Assembly (NCBI GenBank): GCA_964370865.1
Contig: CAYJKF010000001.1
Span: 111,766-175,765 of the forward strand
Origin: an uncultured Candidatus Saccharibacteria bacterium
GTDB taxonomy: Bacteria > Patescibacteriota > WWE3 > 2-01-FULL-39-13
Length of the DNA: 64,000 nt
Reading direction: 5' to 3'
Positions 45,314-56,080 of the stretch are shown piece by piece. The position numbers were made by a program, and so were the translations under genes. The number at the start of each line of letters is the position of its first letter. Positions within the stretch are counted from its first letter, which is position 1. Below the pieces are notes generated by a model, which had not been told where the DNA came from, made no database searches, and saw nothing but the letters and a program-made list of their open reading frames with translations.

Positions 45314-47563
45314 TTAGTACCTAGATCTCCCGCCCCCACGTGAAAATCCTCCACGACCGCCATTATCTCTTCGGCTTCCACCAAATCTGTTTCCGCCACC
45401 TCGATCAAAGCTTGGTCTAGGTTCTGGTTCAACATATCCTTCTGGTTTTTCTAATAAAGCCTTTCGTGATAGTGAAATTTTTCCATTATCTAGTGACTTA
45501 ACTTTTGTGGTTATTTTGTCACCTAGATTTACGTATTCACTAATATCATTGATAAAATCATAAGAATATTCAGAAACATGAAGTAAACCTTCTTGTTTTG
45601 GAGCGAGTTCAATAAACGCACCATAAGGTTCAATTCTTGTAACAACACCTTCATATGTTTCACCGACTTCTATTTCGATAGTCATTCGCTCAACCATATC
45701 TACGGCTGCTGCTAATTTTTCTGGATCGTTAGACATTATTGAAACGACTCCACCTTCGGGAACTTCATCGACATCTACCTGTGCTCCAGTTGCTTCCATG
45801 ATTCCTCGAATAGTTGCTCCACCACTTCCAATAATCATACCTATTTGATCTTTTTCAATCATAATTGTAACGATTCTTGGTACGGTCTTACCCAACTCTG
45901 CCCTTGGTGTAGAGATAACAGATTCCATAACATCCAAGACCTGCATTCTAGCGGTTCTGGATACTTCGAATAATTTATCGAATATACCAAGAGGCAAACC
46001 TTGGAGTTTTAATTCTAATTGAATTGCAGTCATACCTTCTCTTGTTCCTGTTAATTTGAAATCCATATAACCTGCAAAATCCTCAATACCCATAATGTCA
46101 GTCAGCAATTTGTAATCTTCTAGGGATAAATTTTCTTTATCCTTATCAACAAAAAGACCAACGCCAATACCTGCTACATGTGATTTAATTGGTACGCCTG
46201 CATCCATTAATGCTAATGAAGATCCGCATGTTGATGCCATTGAGGTAGAACCATTTGAGGATAGTATTTCTGAGACAACCCTAATAGTATAAGGAAAATC
46301 CTTTTCGTCTGGCAGAACGGCTATGAGAGCCTTCTCAGCCAACATTCCATGTCCAATCTCTCGTCTGTTTGTATTACCTACTCTTCCTACTTCACCTGTC
46401 GAGTACGGAGGAAAATTATAATGATGCATGTAACCTTTTTTAGATTCGCCATACATACTTTGTGTGTAGTGTTTTTCACTTGCAGAACTTAACGTAACAA
46501 TGGATAATGCTTGAGTTAATCCTCTGCTGAATAATCCTGATCCATGAACCTGAGGTAATACAGCAACCTCTGCTGAAAGCTCTCGGATTTGATTATCAGG
46601 TCGTCCATCAATTCGGCTATTTTTAACCATCACTACATTTCTGACCCAATCTTTTTGAACTTCGTTAATTATTATTCCGATTTGTTTTTCGGAAAATTTA
46701 TCTTCGTATTTTGGTCCAACTTCTTTTGCAATTCCATTTAAAGTTCTGTTCCATTCTCTATCTTTATAAGTTAATCCATTTGCCAACATTTCATCAATCT
46801 TTGCAAACGTAACTTCTTTAAATTCAGCTATGGCGTCTTTACTCAACCAATTCTTTTCGTACTTTCTTATTGGAACATTTAGTTTGGAAATAAATTCATT
46901 AACTAAATCGAAAAGTGGTTTAACTTCTTCTCCTCCTTGTTTGATAGCGGCAACAACTTCTGCTTCTGGAATTATATGGGCATGAGCTTCTAGGGCTTGG
47001 ACTTTGCTTCCATTCTCTAAGTAAGAAACTACTAAATCCATTGCTGATTCTGGATGACCTTCTGATAAATCATATCTTGTTTCACCATTAACCTTAGAAA
47101 TTCGAAGTGGCAAAATAGGTCCTTTAAAAGGAATCCCACTTATCCCAAGTGCTGAAGTAACTCCCAAAAATCCTGCAAATAATGGATCATTAACACCATC
47201 TATCGAAAGAACTGTAATAACTATTTGAGTATCATCTGCATAATCTTTTGGAAATAACGGCCTAATTGCATGATCAATTAAACGTCCGTTTACAATTGCT
47301 CCATCATTTGGTCGACCTTCTCTTCTTGTATATCTTGAACCACCAAGTTTTCCCCCGGCATAAAATCTTTCTTCGTAATCAATCTTTAAAGGTAATCCAT
47401 CAGTTATTTCTACTGTTGGTTGTGAAACAACAGTTACCAAGACAGTTGTTTCACCGACAGTCGTTAAGACTGCAGCATCTGCCTGCTCAGCTAATTTACC
47501 AATTTCCAACTTAATACTTTGACCCTTAAAAGAGCCTTCCTGCTTTATTATTTTTTTATTCAT
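45314..47563 (-). CDS. pnp: polyribonucleotide nucleotidyltransferase (PNPase)
   Basis: 749 aa. Two RNase PH-like cores, KH and S1 (GETYEGVVTRIEPYGAFIEL) domains, and a C-terminal RGG-rich tail. Confidence 0.9.
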   Translation of the reverse strand: MNKKIIKQEGSFKGQSIKLEIGKLAEQADAAVLTTVGETTVLVTVVSQPTVEITDGLPLKIDYEERFYAGGKLGGSRYTRREGRPNDGAIVNGRLIDHAIRPLFPKDYADDTQIVITVLSIDGVNDPLFAGFLGVTSALGISGIPFKGPILPLRISKVNGETRYDLSEGHPESAMDLVVSYLENGSKVQALEAHAHIIPEAEVVAAIKQGGEEVKPLFDLVNEFISKLNVPIRKYEKNWLSKDAIAEFKEVTFAKIDEMLANGLTYKDREWNRTLNGIAKEVGPKYEDKFSEKQIGIIINEVQKDWVRNVVMVKNSRIDGRPDNQIRELSAEVAVLPQVHGSGLFSRGLTQALSIVTLSSASEKHYTQSMYGESKKGYMHHYNFPPYSTGEVGRVGNTNRREIGHGMLAEKALIAVLPDEKDFPYTIRVVSEILSSNGSTSMASTCGSSLALMDAGVPIKSHVAGIGVGLFVDKDKENLSLEDYKLLTDIMGIEDFAGYMDFKLTGTREGMTAIQLELKLQGLPLGIFDKLFEVSRTARMQVLDVMESVISTPRAELGKTVPRIVTIMIEKDQIGMIIGSGGATIRGIMEATGAQVDVDEVPEGGVVSIMSNDPEKLAAAVDMVERMTIEIEVGETYEGVVTRIEPYGAFIELAPKQEGLLHVSEYSYDFINDISEYVNLGDKITTKVKSLDNGKISLSRKALLEKPEGYVEPEPRPSFDRGGGNRFGGSRRDNGGRGGFSRGGGRSRY

Positions 47564-47658
47564 TTATTTTTTTTGAGATTATGGATGGAAGATTCGTAAT
47601 CGAGTATCTAACGAAAATTTTAATCAGATATCCAACTACGAAATAATCCCCTGTCCCG

Positions 47659-47928
47659 TTATCCCTTAATCTTCAACTTTTCAACTAAACTAGTATAAAC
47701 TGTATATTGTTTTGTCTTTAGGTAATTCAATAATTTTCTCCTTTTGCTGACTAATTGCAAGAGTCCTCTTCTTGAATGGAAGTCCTTTTTGTGTACCTTT
47801 AAATGGTCTGATAATGAGTTAATCCTCTCTGTTAATAAGGCGATTTGAACATCGCAAGAACCAGTATCGTTTCCGCCTCTTTGAAATTTCTTTATTACTT
47901 TTGTTTTTGTATCTTTTTTGAGCGCCAT
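47659..47928 (-). CDS. rpsO: 30S ribosomal protein S15
   Basis: 89 aa. [35 protein letters not shown] is canonical S15. Confidence 0.85.
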   Translation of the reverse strand: MALKKDTKTKVIKKFQRGGNDTGSCDVQIALLTERINSLSDHLKVHKKDFHSRRGLLQLVSKRRKLLNYLKTKQYTVYTSLVEKLKIKG

Positions 47929-47974
47929 AATTACTGCTATATATTAACAGAACGAATTTATATTATCAAACTGG

Positions 47975-48694
47975 TTATTCCTTAAGTTTAGAGCTTTCAG
48001 ATGCCGATTGCTCTACGCTGACATCATCTCCCATCTCTGAGATAAAATGCTTTTGTAATCCATATAATAGCACGGTGGAGATTTGTGCACTTGGCGTATA
48101 TTTCCAATCTGCAAACTTTCTCAGTACGAGGCTTATGATTGAATCGGACTCGCTATATACATAATTAATACTTCCATATTTTTTGTTATTTTCATTCACA
48201 TCTAGATTGATAATTTCAGCAGAATCAAAGTCCGCTTTGTTTTTTTGATAGAAATCCCCTAATCCTTGTAAATCAGCAATACCGAGGGTGAAGATTAAAT
48301 CTACGTCTTCCCCTACTTCTTCCATTATAATTTTGGCTTTATCGAAATTTCTATTAATCTCTTTAAGTTCTAGAACTAGCTTTGTGTCATCGACTTTTTC
48401 CCATCCGACTGCACTTATTCCAGAATCAGAATAGTCAATTGTAATTTTAAGGCTTTTTGTTGCAAAAGAATCTTTTATTTCGACAATATCAAAAAAACTA
48501 GATTCGATTTCGGAAATATCTCCTGTGTAAACCAAACTAGCCTTTTTTGAAAATTTCTCAGACATAAAGAGTGCCATAGCAACTCCTGCATTAAAGGACT
48601 GTTTATCAGATGATGTACAAATCGCGATGTTTTTTGCTTCGGTTATTAGTTTTGATATTGTATCTAAACTGTTATTTTTCATAATATCTTCCAT
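47975..48694 (-). CDS. hypothetical protein in the nrnA/truB slot (possibly degenerate DHH-family)
   Basis: 239 aa. It sits where rbfA, nrnA or truB usually lie in the nusA-infB...rpsO-pnp operon. There is a weak resemblance to the NrnA N-terminal region but no DHH histidines. Confidence 0.3.
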   Translation of the reverse strand: MEDIMKNNSLDTISKLITEAKNIAICTSSDKQSFNAGVAMALFMSEKFSKKASLVYTGDISEIESSFFDIVEIKDSFATKSLKITIDYSDSGISAVGWEKVDDTKLVLELKEINRNFDKAKIIMEEVGEDVDLIFTLGIADLQGLGDFYQKNKADFDSAEIINLDVNENNKKYGSINYVYSESDSIISLVLRKFADWKYTPSAQISTVLLYGLQKHFISEMGDDVSVEQSASESSKLKE

Positions 48695-48996
48695 ATCTTC
48701 TGTCGGCAGTAATTAAATTTATATCGGCAGGAAATGTGAAATCCGATAAATGTATCAAAGATAGGCGGGGATGTCAAGGAGGGGACACAAAAGAGCCTAT
48801 GAATGGGCTCTTCGATATGGATATATTTTATGTTAGGCTTATTGTATGGAAAGACAGCACCAACTAATTTTTCTGTTGATATTAGCAGCTTTGTCGATTT
48901 CGCTTCTTCTTTTTATCCAAACTACGCAAGAAGCCGTGGATGTCGCTCCAGAATTAATGGCTAAGTAAACGCAATCTTAATAAATAAGAATTAGTT

Positions 48997-50481
48997 CTAA
49001 AGAATTTTCACAGTATCCTCGAGTTGTATGTCTGGAATCTCTGGTTTAAATAGTAATCCGCATTCATCACCTTTACCTGCGGTCTCTTTTTCACCTTTGC
49101 CAATATGAATACTTCTAATTCTAGCTACGTACAATGGAGTATCCATATCTTCCCTGAAGATTCCAACTCTGTTATTTACTTTAAATCTACCTGCTTCTAC
49201 AAGAGTTCCCGCAACAACCATTCCGGATTTTGGTAAGACAAATTTATCAATCACAATACCTTTACCTTTTATTTTCGATTCTTCAATTTCTAAAACGCCT
49301 TCTAGCGCTCCCTCAATCTCTTCGATTAATTTATATATAATCTCATGCTCACGAATAATAACTTTATTGGATTCTGCAATCTTAGCGATACTTCCAGGAG
49401 CGGAAACTTTGAAAGCAATTATTATTGCTTTTGCTGTAGACGCTAATAATACATCTGATTCTTTTACATCTCCAGTTCCAGCAAGTATGACTTCTGGTCT
49501 CGCATCATCTACGATGACTTTCAATAGTGATTGCTCAATTGCTTCTTGAGTACCTACTGTATCAGCTCGAATTATTAGGTTTAGCTTTTTATCTTTATTG
49601 GTATCGACTTGCTGTACTGTTTCCGATGACGTGCCAGATACTTCTTCTTGCTCGGGGGATTCTCCTTTACGATAAATAATATCTCCAACGTGGGGAACAT
49701 CTGAAATTCCCATTAATTCTCCGGCTTCTCCAGTTAAGATTTCTTTAATTGATTTTTGATTCCAAGAAGACATTGATTTTACCTTGCCTACAATCCCCGA
49801 AACGACAATTTCATCGCCTAATTTGAGAATTCCCTTTTTTACAATAACACTTACTAAAACACCTCTTCGATTATCTCTTTTTGATTCTATGATAATTGCT
49901 TCTAACCGGTCAGAAACATCTGTCTTGTACTTATCCGCTTCCATTTCGGCAGTGAGGTTTATGACCTCCAATAACTGATCGAGATTTGTTTTCTGTGTTG
50001 CCGATACGTCCACCGCTACGATATCTCCTCCAAAGCCTTCTACCATAATGCCGTTTTCACCTAATTGTTTCTTAACCCTCATGGGATCGGCAGTAGGTAA
50101 ATCAATTTTGTTTATAGCAACTATAATTGGCACATTAGCAGCCTTCGCGTGCATAATCGCCTCTTTTGTTTGTGGTTTAACTCCATCATTGGCCGCAACA
50201 ACTAAAATTACAATATCTGCGGCGGCACCACCTCGAGATCTCATTTGAGTGAAAGCTTCATGTCCTGGGGTGTCTATAAAGGTTATTTTCTTTCCGTTGG
50301 TTTCTATTGTGTAGGCTCCAATATGCTGAGTAATTCCTCCTGATTCGCCTTTAACAACATTAGAATTTCTTATAGCATCGAGAATCGATGTTTTACCGTG
50401 ATCGACGTGACCCATTATAGTTACTACCGGTGGCCGATATGTATTCGATTTAGTTGCGACAGTCTTTTTCGCCTTTGGCAT
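48997..50481 (-). CDS. infB: translation initiation factor IF-2 (minimal form lacking N-terminal domains)
   Basis: 494 aa. The G domain starts at residue ~20 (VTIMGHVDHGKTSILD, DTPGHEAF, NKID), followed by domain II and the C1/C2 domains. Confidence 0.85.
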   Translation of the reverse strand: MPKAKKTVATKSNTYRPPVVTIMGHVDHGKTSILDAIRNSNVVKGESGGITQHIGAYTIETNGKKITFIDTPGHEAFTQMRSRGGAAADIVILVVAANDGVKPQTKEAIMHAKAANVPIIVAINKIDLPTADPMRVKKQLGENGIMVEGFGGDIVAVDVSATQKTNLDQLLEVINLTAEMEADKYKTDVSDRLEAIIIESKRDNRRGVLVSVIVKKGILKLGDEIVVSGIVGKVKSMSSWNQKSIKEILTGEAGELMGISDVPHVGDIIYRKGESPEQEEVSGTSSETVQQVDTNKDKKLNLIIRADTVGTQEAIEQSLLKVIVDDARPEVILAGTGDVKESDVLLASTAKAIIIAFKVSAPGSIAKIAESNKVIIREHEIIYKLIEEIEGALEGVLEIEESKIKGKGIVIDKFVLPKSGMVVAGTLVEAGRFKVNNRVGIFREDMDTPLYVARIRSIHIGKGEKETAGKGDECGLLFKPEIPDIQLEDTVKIL

Positions 50482-50523
50482 TTATCCCCCTCCTATACTA
50501 AGTACACTCAACGATGTTGCGAT

Positions 50524-51552
50524 TTATGCTGTTTCTTCTGGGCTTTCGCTTTGTTTAGCTTCTTCTGCTGGCCCTGAGTCTGGTTTATCTTCTGCTTTTT
50601 GAGGAGCTTCACCGTCTATATTTATTTTCCAACCAGTTAATTTTGCGGCTAACCTTACATTTTGTCCGTTATTTCCAATTGCTAATGACAATTGATCTTC
50701 AGATACTTTTACTTTGGCTGATTTAGTTTCTTCATCCACAATAACGTCAATTACGTGTGCCGGTTGAAGAGATGTTGCAATAAATTTATCGATGCTTCGA
50801 CTATGATTTACGATATCTATTTTTTCTCCATTTAATTCGTCTGTTACTGCCTGGACTCTAACTCCACGTTGTCCAATACATGCTCCAGATGGATCAACTT
50901 TGTCGTCAGAAGAAGAAACGGCAATCTTTGTTCGTTCGCCAGCTTCTCTTGCGATGCTTTCAATTTTTACAATTCCAGACATCATCTCAGGCACTTCTTG
51001 TCTGAATAATTCTTCTATAAACTTTGGATCGGATCTTGAAAGAATAATGTTTGACGCTCCTGTTATATCATTCTTTTTAACCTCTTTTATCAAGACTTTC
51101 ATTTTTAAATTCATTGAATATCTCTCGGATGGTATTTGTTCTGACACAGGAAGGATTCCTTGGGTTTTTCCAATATCCATAATTGCAGTCTCTTTATCTA
51201 ATCTGAAAATATAACCCATTACAATTGTATCGATTAATTTCTTATATTCGGCAGCTATTGATTCTTTTTCAGCCTCCCTTATTTTTTGTAAGATAACCTG
51301 TTTTGCGGTTTGTGAAGCAATACGGCCAAAACCAGGGGGAGTTACATCTTTTCCATCAAGAAGGATTTTAATTTCTCCACTCTCATCATCAATGCTGGCA
51401 ACTAGTTTTTCAGCTTCCTGTTCGGAAACCTCTACATCTTTTTGATATGCCGCCACTAAAGCCTCTCTCAAGGTTTCTAAAACGTCATCTACTGATATGT
51501 TCCTTTCACTTGCAACCTGATTGATTGCTGCTGTAAATTCTGATATTGCCAT
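50524..51552 (-). CDS. nusA: transcription termination/antitermination factor NusA
   Basis: N-terminal domain, S1 and KH regions (IIDVIVDEE, LAIGNNGQNVRLAAKLTGWKI). The start is set at MAISEF (51552). An ORF-track start at 51597 is possible. Confidence 0.85.
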   Translation of the reverse strand: MAISEFTAAINQVASERNISVDDVLETLREALVAAYQKDVEVSEQEAEKLVASIDDESGEIKILLDGKDVTPPGFGRIASQTAKQVILQKIREAEKESIAAEYKKLIDTIVMGYIFRLDKETAIMDIGKTQGILPVSEQIPSERYSMNLKMKVLIKEVKKNDITGASNIILSRSDPKFIEELFRQEVPEMMSGIVKIESIAREAGERTKIAVSSSDDKVDPSGACIGQRGVRVQAVTDELNGEKIDIVNHSRSIDKFIATSLQPAHVIDVIVDEETKSAKVKVSEDQLSLAIGNNGQNVRLAAKLTGWKINIDGEAPQKAEDKPDSGPAEEAKQSESPEETA

Positions 51553-51687
51553 GTTTTTTTCAACTAATATTAATAAAAAAGGTGAGCCAAAACCCACCCA
51601 TTACACAAATTTCTAACGCTTATAAGTTACCAGAAATCAACATCTTTTGCAAAGGACAAATAAAGAAGTAAAATACCTAGTAGAAAC

Positions 51688-52242
51688 ATGAACCCTCTTA
51701 AACTCTTTCAAAAACTTAAGAATAACGAAGAAAACTTAATTTACGACCTAGAAAAGGACTTTCAAAGCAATAATTTTAGGTTAGCGCTTAAACTATATTC
51801 GGAAATCGGTAGCTCGGTACTATTATTAGTACTAATTGGTGTTATCGGCATATTATACGGATTTCAGGTATTTGTCCTAATTTTATTGGTCTATCTATTT
51901 CAGCTTGTTCTAATTGAAGTTATAAAATATGTTTTTAATCGTGGAAGGCCAAAAACCTATAAAAACGATTCGATTTTAGGTTTTCGAATGACTAGTGGTT
52001 CATTTCCATCAGGGCATACATCCAATGCATTTGCGATGGCCTTTTTGCTTGCAAATGTATTCAAAACCGATATTTACACGACAACAATGTTTTTTATAAT
52101 AGCCGGCGTAGTTGGGATTACTCGAATATTTTTAGGGAAACATTTTTTAGTCGATGTTGTCGGAGGCGCAATCCTTGGACTAGTTTTTGCAACTGTGGGA
52201 CTAGCCCTTTACGTAGCCGGGTATGGAATACTCTTCCAATAA
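51688..52242 (+). CDS. PAP2-family lipid phosphatase
   Basis: 184 aa. KYVFNRGRPK (KxxxxxxRP), SFPSGHTSNAF (PSGH) and FLGKHFLVDVVGG (SRxxxxxHxxxD-like) are the three PAP2 motifs. Four TM helices. Confidence 0.7.
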   Translation: MNPLKLFQKLKNNEENLIYDLEKDFQSNNFRLALKLYSEIGSSVLLLVLIGVIGILYGFQVFVLILLVYLFQLVLIEVIKYVFNRGRPKTYKNDSILGFRMTSGSFPSGHTSNAFAMAFLLANVFKTDIYTTTMFFIIAGVVGITRIFLGKHFLVDVVGGAILGLVFATVGLALYVAGYGILFQ

Positions 52243-52246
52243 ATAA

Positions 52247-53065
52247 ATGTTAATTGATACACACATCCATCTCTCTGATGAAAAATACACTGATGTAGAA
52301 GGAATTCTAAAGTCGGCAAACCAAAACTTGGTAAAAAATATAATTACTATTGGATGTACCGTACAGGAAATTAATAAAAATAAACAACTTGTTGAACAAT
52401 TTGACAATGTTTATTCATCGGTTGGGGCTTATCCGCTGGATAATGTTCGAGAAAATATGAATTTAGGAATAAACGAATTAATAGAGAACATTCACAAATC
52501 ATCTAAAGAAGAGCATGTCGTGGCAATCGGGGAATGCGGTTTAGACTTTAGTGAAAGTCTTCCTCCTTGGGAAGTTATGCGAACACAGAAAGAACAAGAA
52601 AAATTATTTTGTTCACAAATAGAAATCGCGAGAAATATGAATGTTCCCGTGATTGTTCATTCGAGAAATGCCGCTGACTTAACACTAGAAATTCTAACTT
52701 CAGAAATAAAGACTAAGGAATTTAAATTTGTATGGCATTGTTTTACTGAAAACTTCGAAGTCGCGAAAAAAGCCCTCGGCCTCGGAGGGTTAATTTCTTT
52801 TACTGGAATAATAACTTATAAAACAGGAAGTCCACTTGCGGACGTTATCCAGCACTTTCCACTTGAAAAAATGATGCTAGAAACTGATGGCCCCTATTTA
52901 GTACCAGAGCCGGTTCGATCAAGTGGCATAAAAATAAATCGGCCTGAATATGTTAAAATTATTGCCGAGAAAATAAGCGAAATCAAAGGGATTTCTTATG
53001 AACAGGTGGCCGCTCAAACCACGCTAAATGCCACTCAATTTTTTAGTCTAAAACCAAATGATTGA
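52247..53065 (+). CDS. TatD-family metal-dependent hydrolase (DNase)
   Basis: LIDTHIHLSDEKY (HxH), IGECGLDF, VIVHSR and METDGPY are TatD motifs. Confidence 0.8.
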   Translation: MLIDTHIHLSDEKYTDVEGILKSANQNLVKNIITIGCTVQEINKNKQLVEQFDNVYSSVGAYPLDNVRENMNLGINELIENIHKSSKEEHVVAIGECGLDFSESLPPWEVMRTQKEQEKLFCSQIEIARNMNVPVIVHSRNAADLTLEILTSEIKTKEFKFVWHCFTENFEVAKKALGLGGLISFTGIITYKTGSPLADVIQHFPLEKMMLETDGPYLVPEPVRSSGIKINRPEYVKIIAEKISEIKGISYEQVAAQTTLNATQFFSLKPND

Positions 53066-54590
53066 TCCTAAAAAGAAACTAGATAGATTTTTAATGTTCA
53101 TACCAGGATTTTCCAGTTGGGTAATGATTTTTATGCCAATTTGGCTTGGGCTAACATCTCCAAGAAGCGCTGCTTTTGTTTTAACTTTTCTTGCTGTGTA
53201 TTGGGTTTATCTTTCTGTCATTCATGTATTCAATTTATTTAAGGGATATTACCGCTATGAAAGAGAAGTAAAGATTGATTGGCTACAGAGGATTAAAGCT
53301 CTTGATTATAAAAATCTACCTGGAAAAGAAACTCTACCTGACTCATTTGAGAAAACTAAACACTTCATATTAATTCCAACAGTAAAGGAAGGATACTCAA
53401 TTCTGAAAGATACATTTGAAGCATTGATAAACAGTAACTATCCAAAAGAAAATATGATAATTATTGTTGGAACCGAAGAAATCGGAAAAGAAATAGTTGA
53501 AAATGCTTTAGCTCAAGTTAAAGAAACGTTTGGAAACAAACTTCCAAGGATTATGCATTTCATTCATCCACGTGGTTTGCCTGGGGAAATCGTTGGTGTT
53601 GCTTCACCTAATAGAAAATGGGCAACGGTAAAAGGGATTGAGACATTATTAGCAGAAGGTGAAGATATTAAGAATTATATTTTTACAACTTTTGATTCTG
53701 ACTGGAAATTACATAAAGAATTTATTCCAAGATTAACTTACGAATATTTAACCGATGAAAAAAGATTTAATAGATTTTATGAAACCGTCGTCCATCTATT
53801 TAGCAACAACTTGCTAGAGGTTCCTTTAATCTCGCGGATAGAATCACACAATATAACACTTGGGATGCTCGCAAACTGGACGTTATCTCCACAGTATAAA
53901 GAGTCGTTCTCCTGTTACTCTGCTGCGTTACAAACAGTAATTGATGCTAATTATTGGGATACAACAATGATTGATGATACGGTTTTTTATTGGAGAGCAT
54001 TATTAGCAAGAGAGGGAGATTTTACTGCAAAGCATTTTTATATTCCAATCTATGGCGATGCAACCGATGGCGATACTTATCTAAAGGCCCATAAAAATCT
54101 TTATAAACAATTGGAGAGATGGGGTTGGGGAAGTATTACTACAGTAATTGGTTTAAAAACCGTTCTAACTATTTTAAGAAAGAAAACCTCCTTCGAAGAT
54201 AAAGTCTTATGGGTGTGGTCAAAAATGGAACGACATTTATTTTTGCGAACAAGCGTTTTCTTATTAACATTTGGGTTTTCAATTATTACCTTAGTTAATA
54301 TAACTTTCAAAAGCACGACTACCGTTTATGCACTTCCTCAAACGTTAAGCGTCTTACTTACAACTGGATTGCTAATGTTAATACCAATTGGATATATAAA
54401 ATATAAGCTCTACCAAGATTTAATTCATAAAGACTGGCCACTTTGGCGAAAGGCAATTATTTTTTTGGAAGGACCCTTGATAATGATTAACTTATTAACC
54501 TTTTCATTTATCCCTTGGTTAATAGCAGAAACACAAATGATGTTTGGAAAACTACCAAAAGTGACTTTTTATACTCCCAAAACAAGATAG
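53058..54590 (+). CDS. membrane-embedded family-2 glycosyltransferase with QxxRW motif (processive-synthase-like)
   Basis: 510 aa. N-terminal TM pair, then a GT-A-like domain with TFDSDW and YKQLERWGWGS (QxxRW). Five C-terminal TM helices. Confidence 0.45.
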   Translation: MIDPKKKLDRFLMFIPGFSSWVMIFMPIWLGLTSPRSAAFVLTFLAVYWVYLSVIHVFNLFKGYYRYEREVKIDWLQRIKALDYKNLPGKETLPDSFEKTKHFILIPTVKEGYSILKDTFEALINSNYPKENMIIIVGTEEIGKEIVENALAQVKETFGNKLPRIMHFIHPRGLPGEIVGVASPNRKWATVKGIETLLAEGEDIKNYIFTTFDSDWKLHKEFIPRLTYEYLTDEKRFNRFYETVVHLFSNNLLEVPLISRIESHNITLGMLANWTLSPQYKESFSCYSAALQTVIDANYWDTTMIDDTVFYWRALLAREGDFTAKHFYIPIYGDATDGDTYLKAHKNLYKQLERWGWGSITTVIGLKTVLTILRKKTSFEDKVLWVWSKMERHLFLRTSVFLLTFGFSIITLVNITFKSTTTVYALPQTLSVLLTTGLLMLIPIGYIKYKLYQDLIHKDWPLWRKAIIFLEGPLIMINLLTFSFIPWLIAETQMMFGKLPKVTFYTPKTR

Positions 54591-54607
54591 TTATATACTA
54601 GGTAAAT

Positions 54608-56080
54608 ATGAAGCCTCGAATTAAGAAGCTAGGAACAATTAGAGACTTATTCAATGAAAACCTCCCGTATATGATAATGGTTTTGATTCTATTACTTTCA
54701 TTAGCTGGGTTTATTCAACAGAACTTTCGAAATCTTCCACTTCAGATCCCGCTTTTTTACGCATTAGGATGGGGAACTCAACAGCTTGGACCTCGTAATT
54801 ATCTTTGGATTTTTTATGGAATTCTTGTATTTATTGGCATAATCAATTCGGTAATGGCAATGATTGAAACTAGAAAAGGTAATTATCAAATCTCAAAACT
54901 TTATCATTATTTTTCTTATTTCATCATCGTAACGGGGTCAATTTTCATCAATAATACGATTTCTGCGGTTACTCTTTTTGATATGGAAGTCCCTATGATT
55001 ATTAGAATCATAGTATTACCAATGGTAGCGGCGGCCATAACCGTTTTATTCGTCACGCCGATAGTAATAAAACTTGCTAGACGAAATGGCTTTATGGATG
55101 ACCCACTCGCGCATAAACATCCCGGAATGCTAATAAAAAAACCAACTCCAAGAGCAGGAGGACTCGCTTATTATCTTGGCATTATAATTCCAGGACTAAT
55201 TATTCTACCTATACTTAGCAGTCAAAAACTTATAGGAATATTAATTGGGGCAGCCGTATGTGTTCTAGTTGGTTTAAAGGATGATAAAAAAGATATTCAT
55301 CCAATTACCAGACTAATCGTGCAAATCTTAACTGTCAGCATACCGGTTTTATCAGGAATAATTCTTTTATATATACCCAACCCTTTCGGTGACGCCGTCG
55401 TATTAGACCAATACAGAATTACTTTTAATTATTTAGGCGAACATAGTGTTTATTATTATTCAGTCCTTGTCGCAATGCTTTGGATGGGCGTCACCATGAA
55501 TTTTATGTCTTTTGCGAATGGATCAGATGGAGCATACGCAGGATTAGTCTTCGTTGCTTCTTTTGTAATTGCGATAGTTATGTTTCAAACACTCGATGTT
55601 GATCCGGAGCAAGCTATGTTTATAAAATTGGCGGCGTTGTCGGCTGGCGCCGCAATTGGAATGGCGTATTTTACATGGCCACCTCAAAAAATATTGTGGG
55701 GATTTGGTGCAACGTCCGCAGGTTTAATAATTGCGGCGCTGTCTATTATCGGTAGTACAAAAGTTGCGGTAATGTTATTGGTATTATTGATTCCATTTTT
55801 TGACGGATTAGTTGCGGTCGTTAGAAGAATTCGAAGGGGGCAACTTCCATTTTGGGGAGATCGTGAGCATCTTCATCATAAACTTTTATTTAGACTTGGA
55901 TGGAATAAATCTAAAGTAGCTACTTTTTACTGGGCATCATCAATAATGTTAGGGGTAGTTGGTATTTTAACTTCTGGAAGAATCAGAGCATTATGGGCAT
56001 TAACAATGGTTGGAATATTCTTTTTAGGAATCGCCGCACTAAACTTTATTGGAAGAGACAAAGAACCTGCTGTTAAATAA
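54608..56080 (+). CDS. polyprenyl-phosphate N-acetylhexosamine-1-phosphate transferase (MraY/WecA family, GT4) with N-terminal extension
   Basis: 490 aa, polytopic. GLKDDKKDIHP (DD motif) and FMSFANGSDGAYAGL (NxxNxxDGxDGL-like) are characteristic of the MraY/WecA superfamily. Confidence 0.65.
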   Translation: MKPRIKKLGTIRDLFNENLPYMIMVLILLLSLAGFIQQNFRNLPLQIPLFYALGWGTQQLGPRNYLWIFYGILVFIGIINSVMAMIETRKGNYQISKLYHYFSYFIIVTGSIFINNTISAVTLFDMEVPMIIRIIVLPMVAAAITVLFVTPIVIKLARRNGFMDDPLAHKHPGMLIKKPTPRAGGLAYYLGIIIPGLIILPILSSQKLIGILIGAAVCVLVGLKDDKKDIHPITRLIVQILTVSIPVLSGIILLYIPNPFGDAVVLDQYRITFNYLGEHSVYYYSVLVAMLWMGVTMNFMSFANGSDGAYAGLVFVASFVIAIVMFQTLDVDPEQAMFIKLAALSAGAAIGMAYFTWPPQKILWGFGATSAGLIIAALSIIGSTKVAVMLLVLLIPFFDGLVAVVRRIRRGQLPFWGDREHLHHKLLFRLGWNKSKVATFYWASSIMLGVVGILTSGRIRALWALTMVGIFFLGIAALNFIGRDKEPAVK

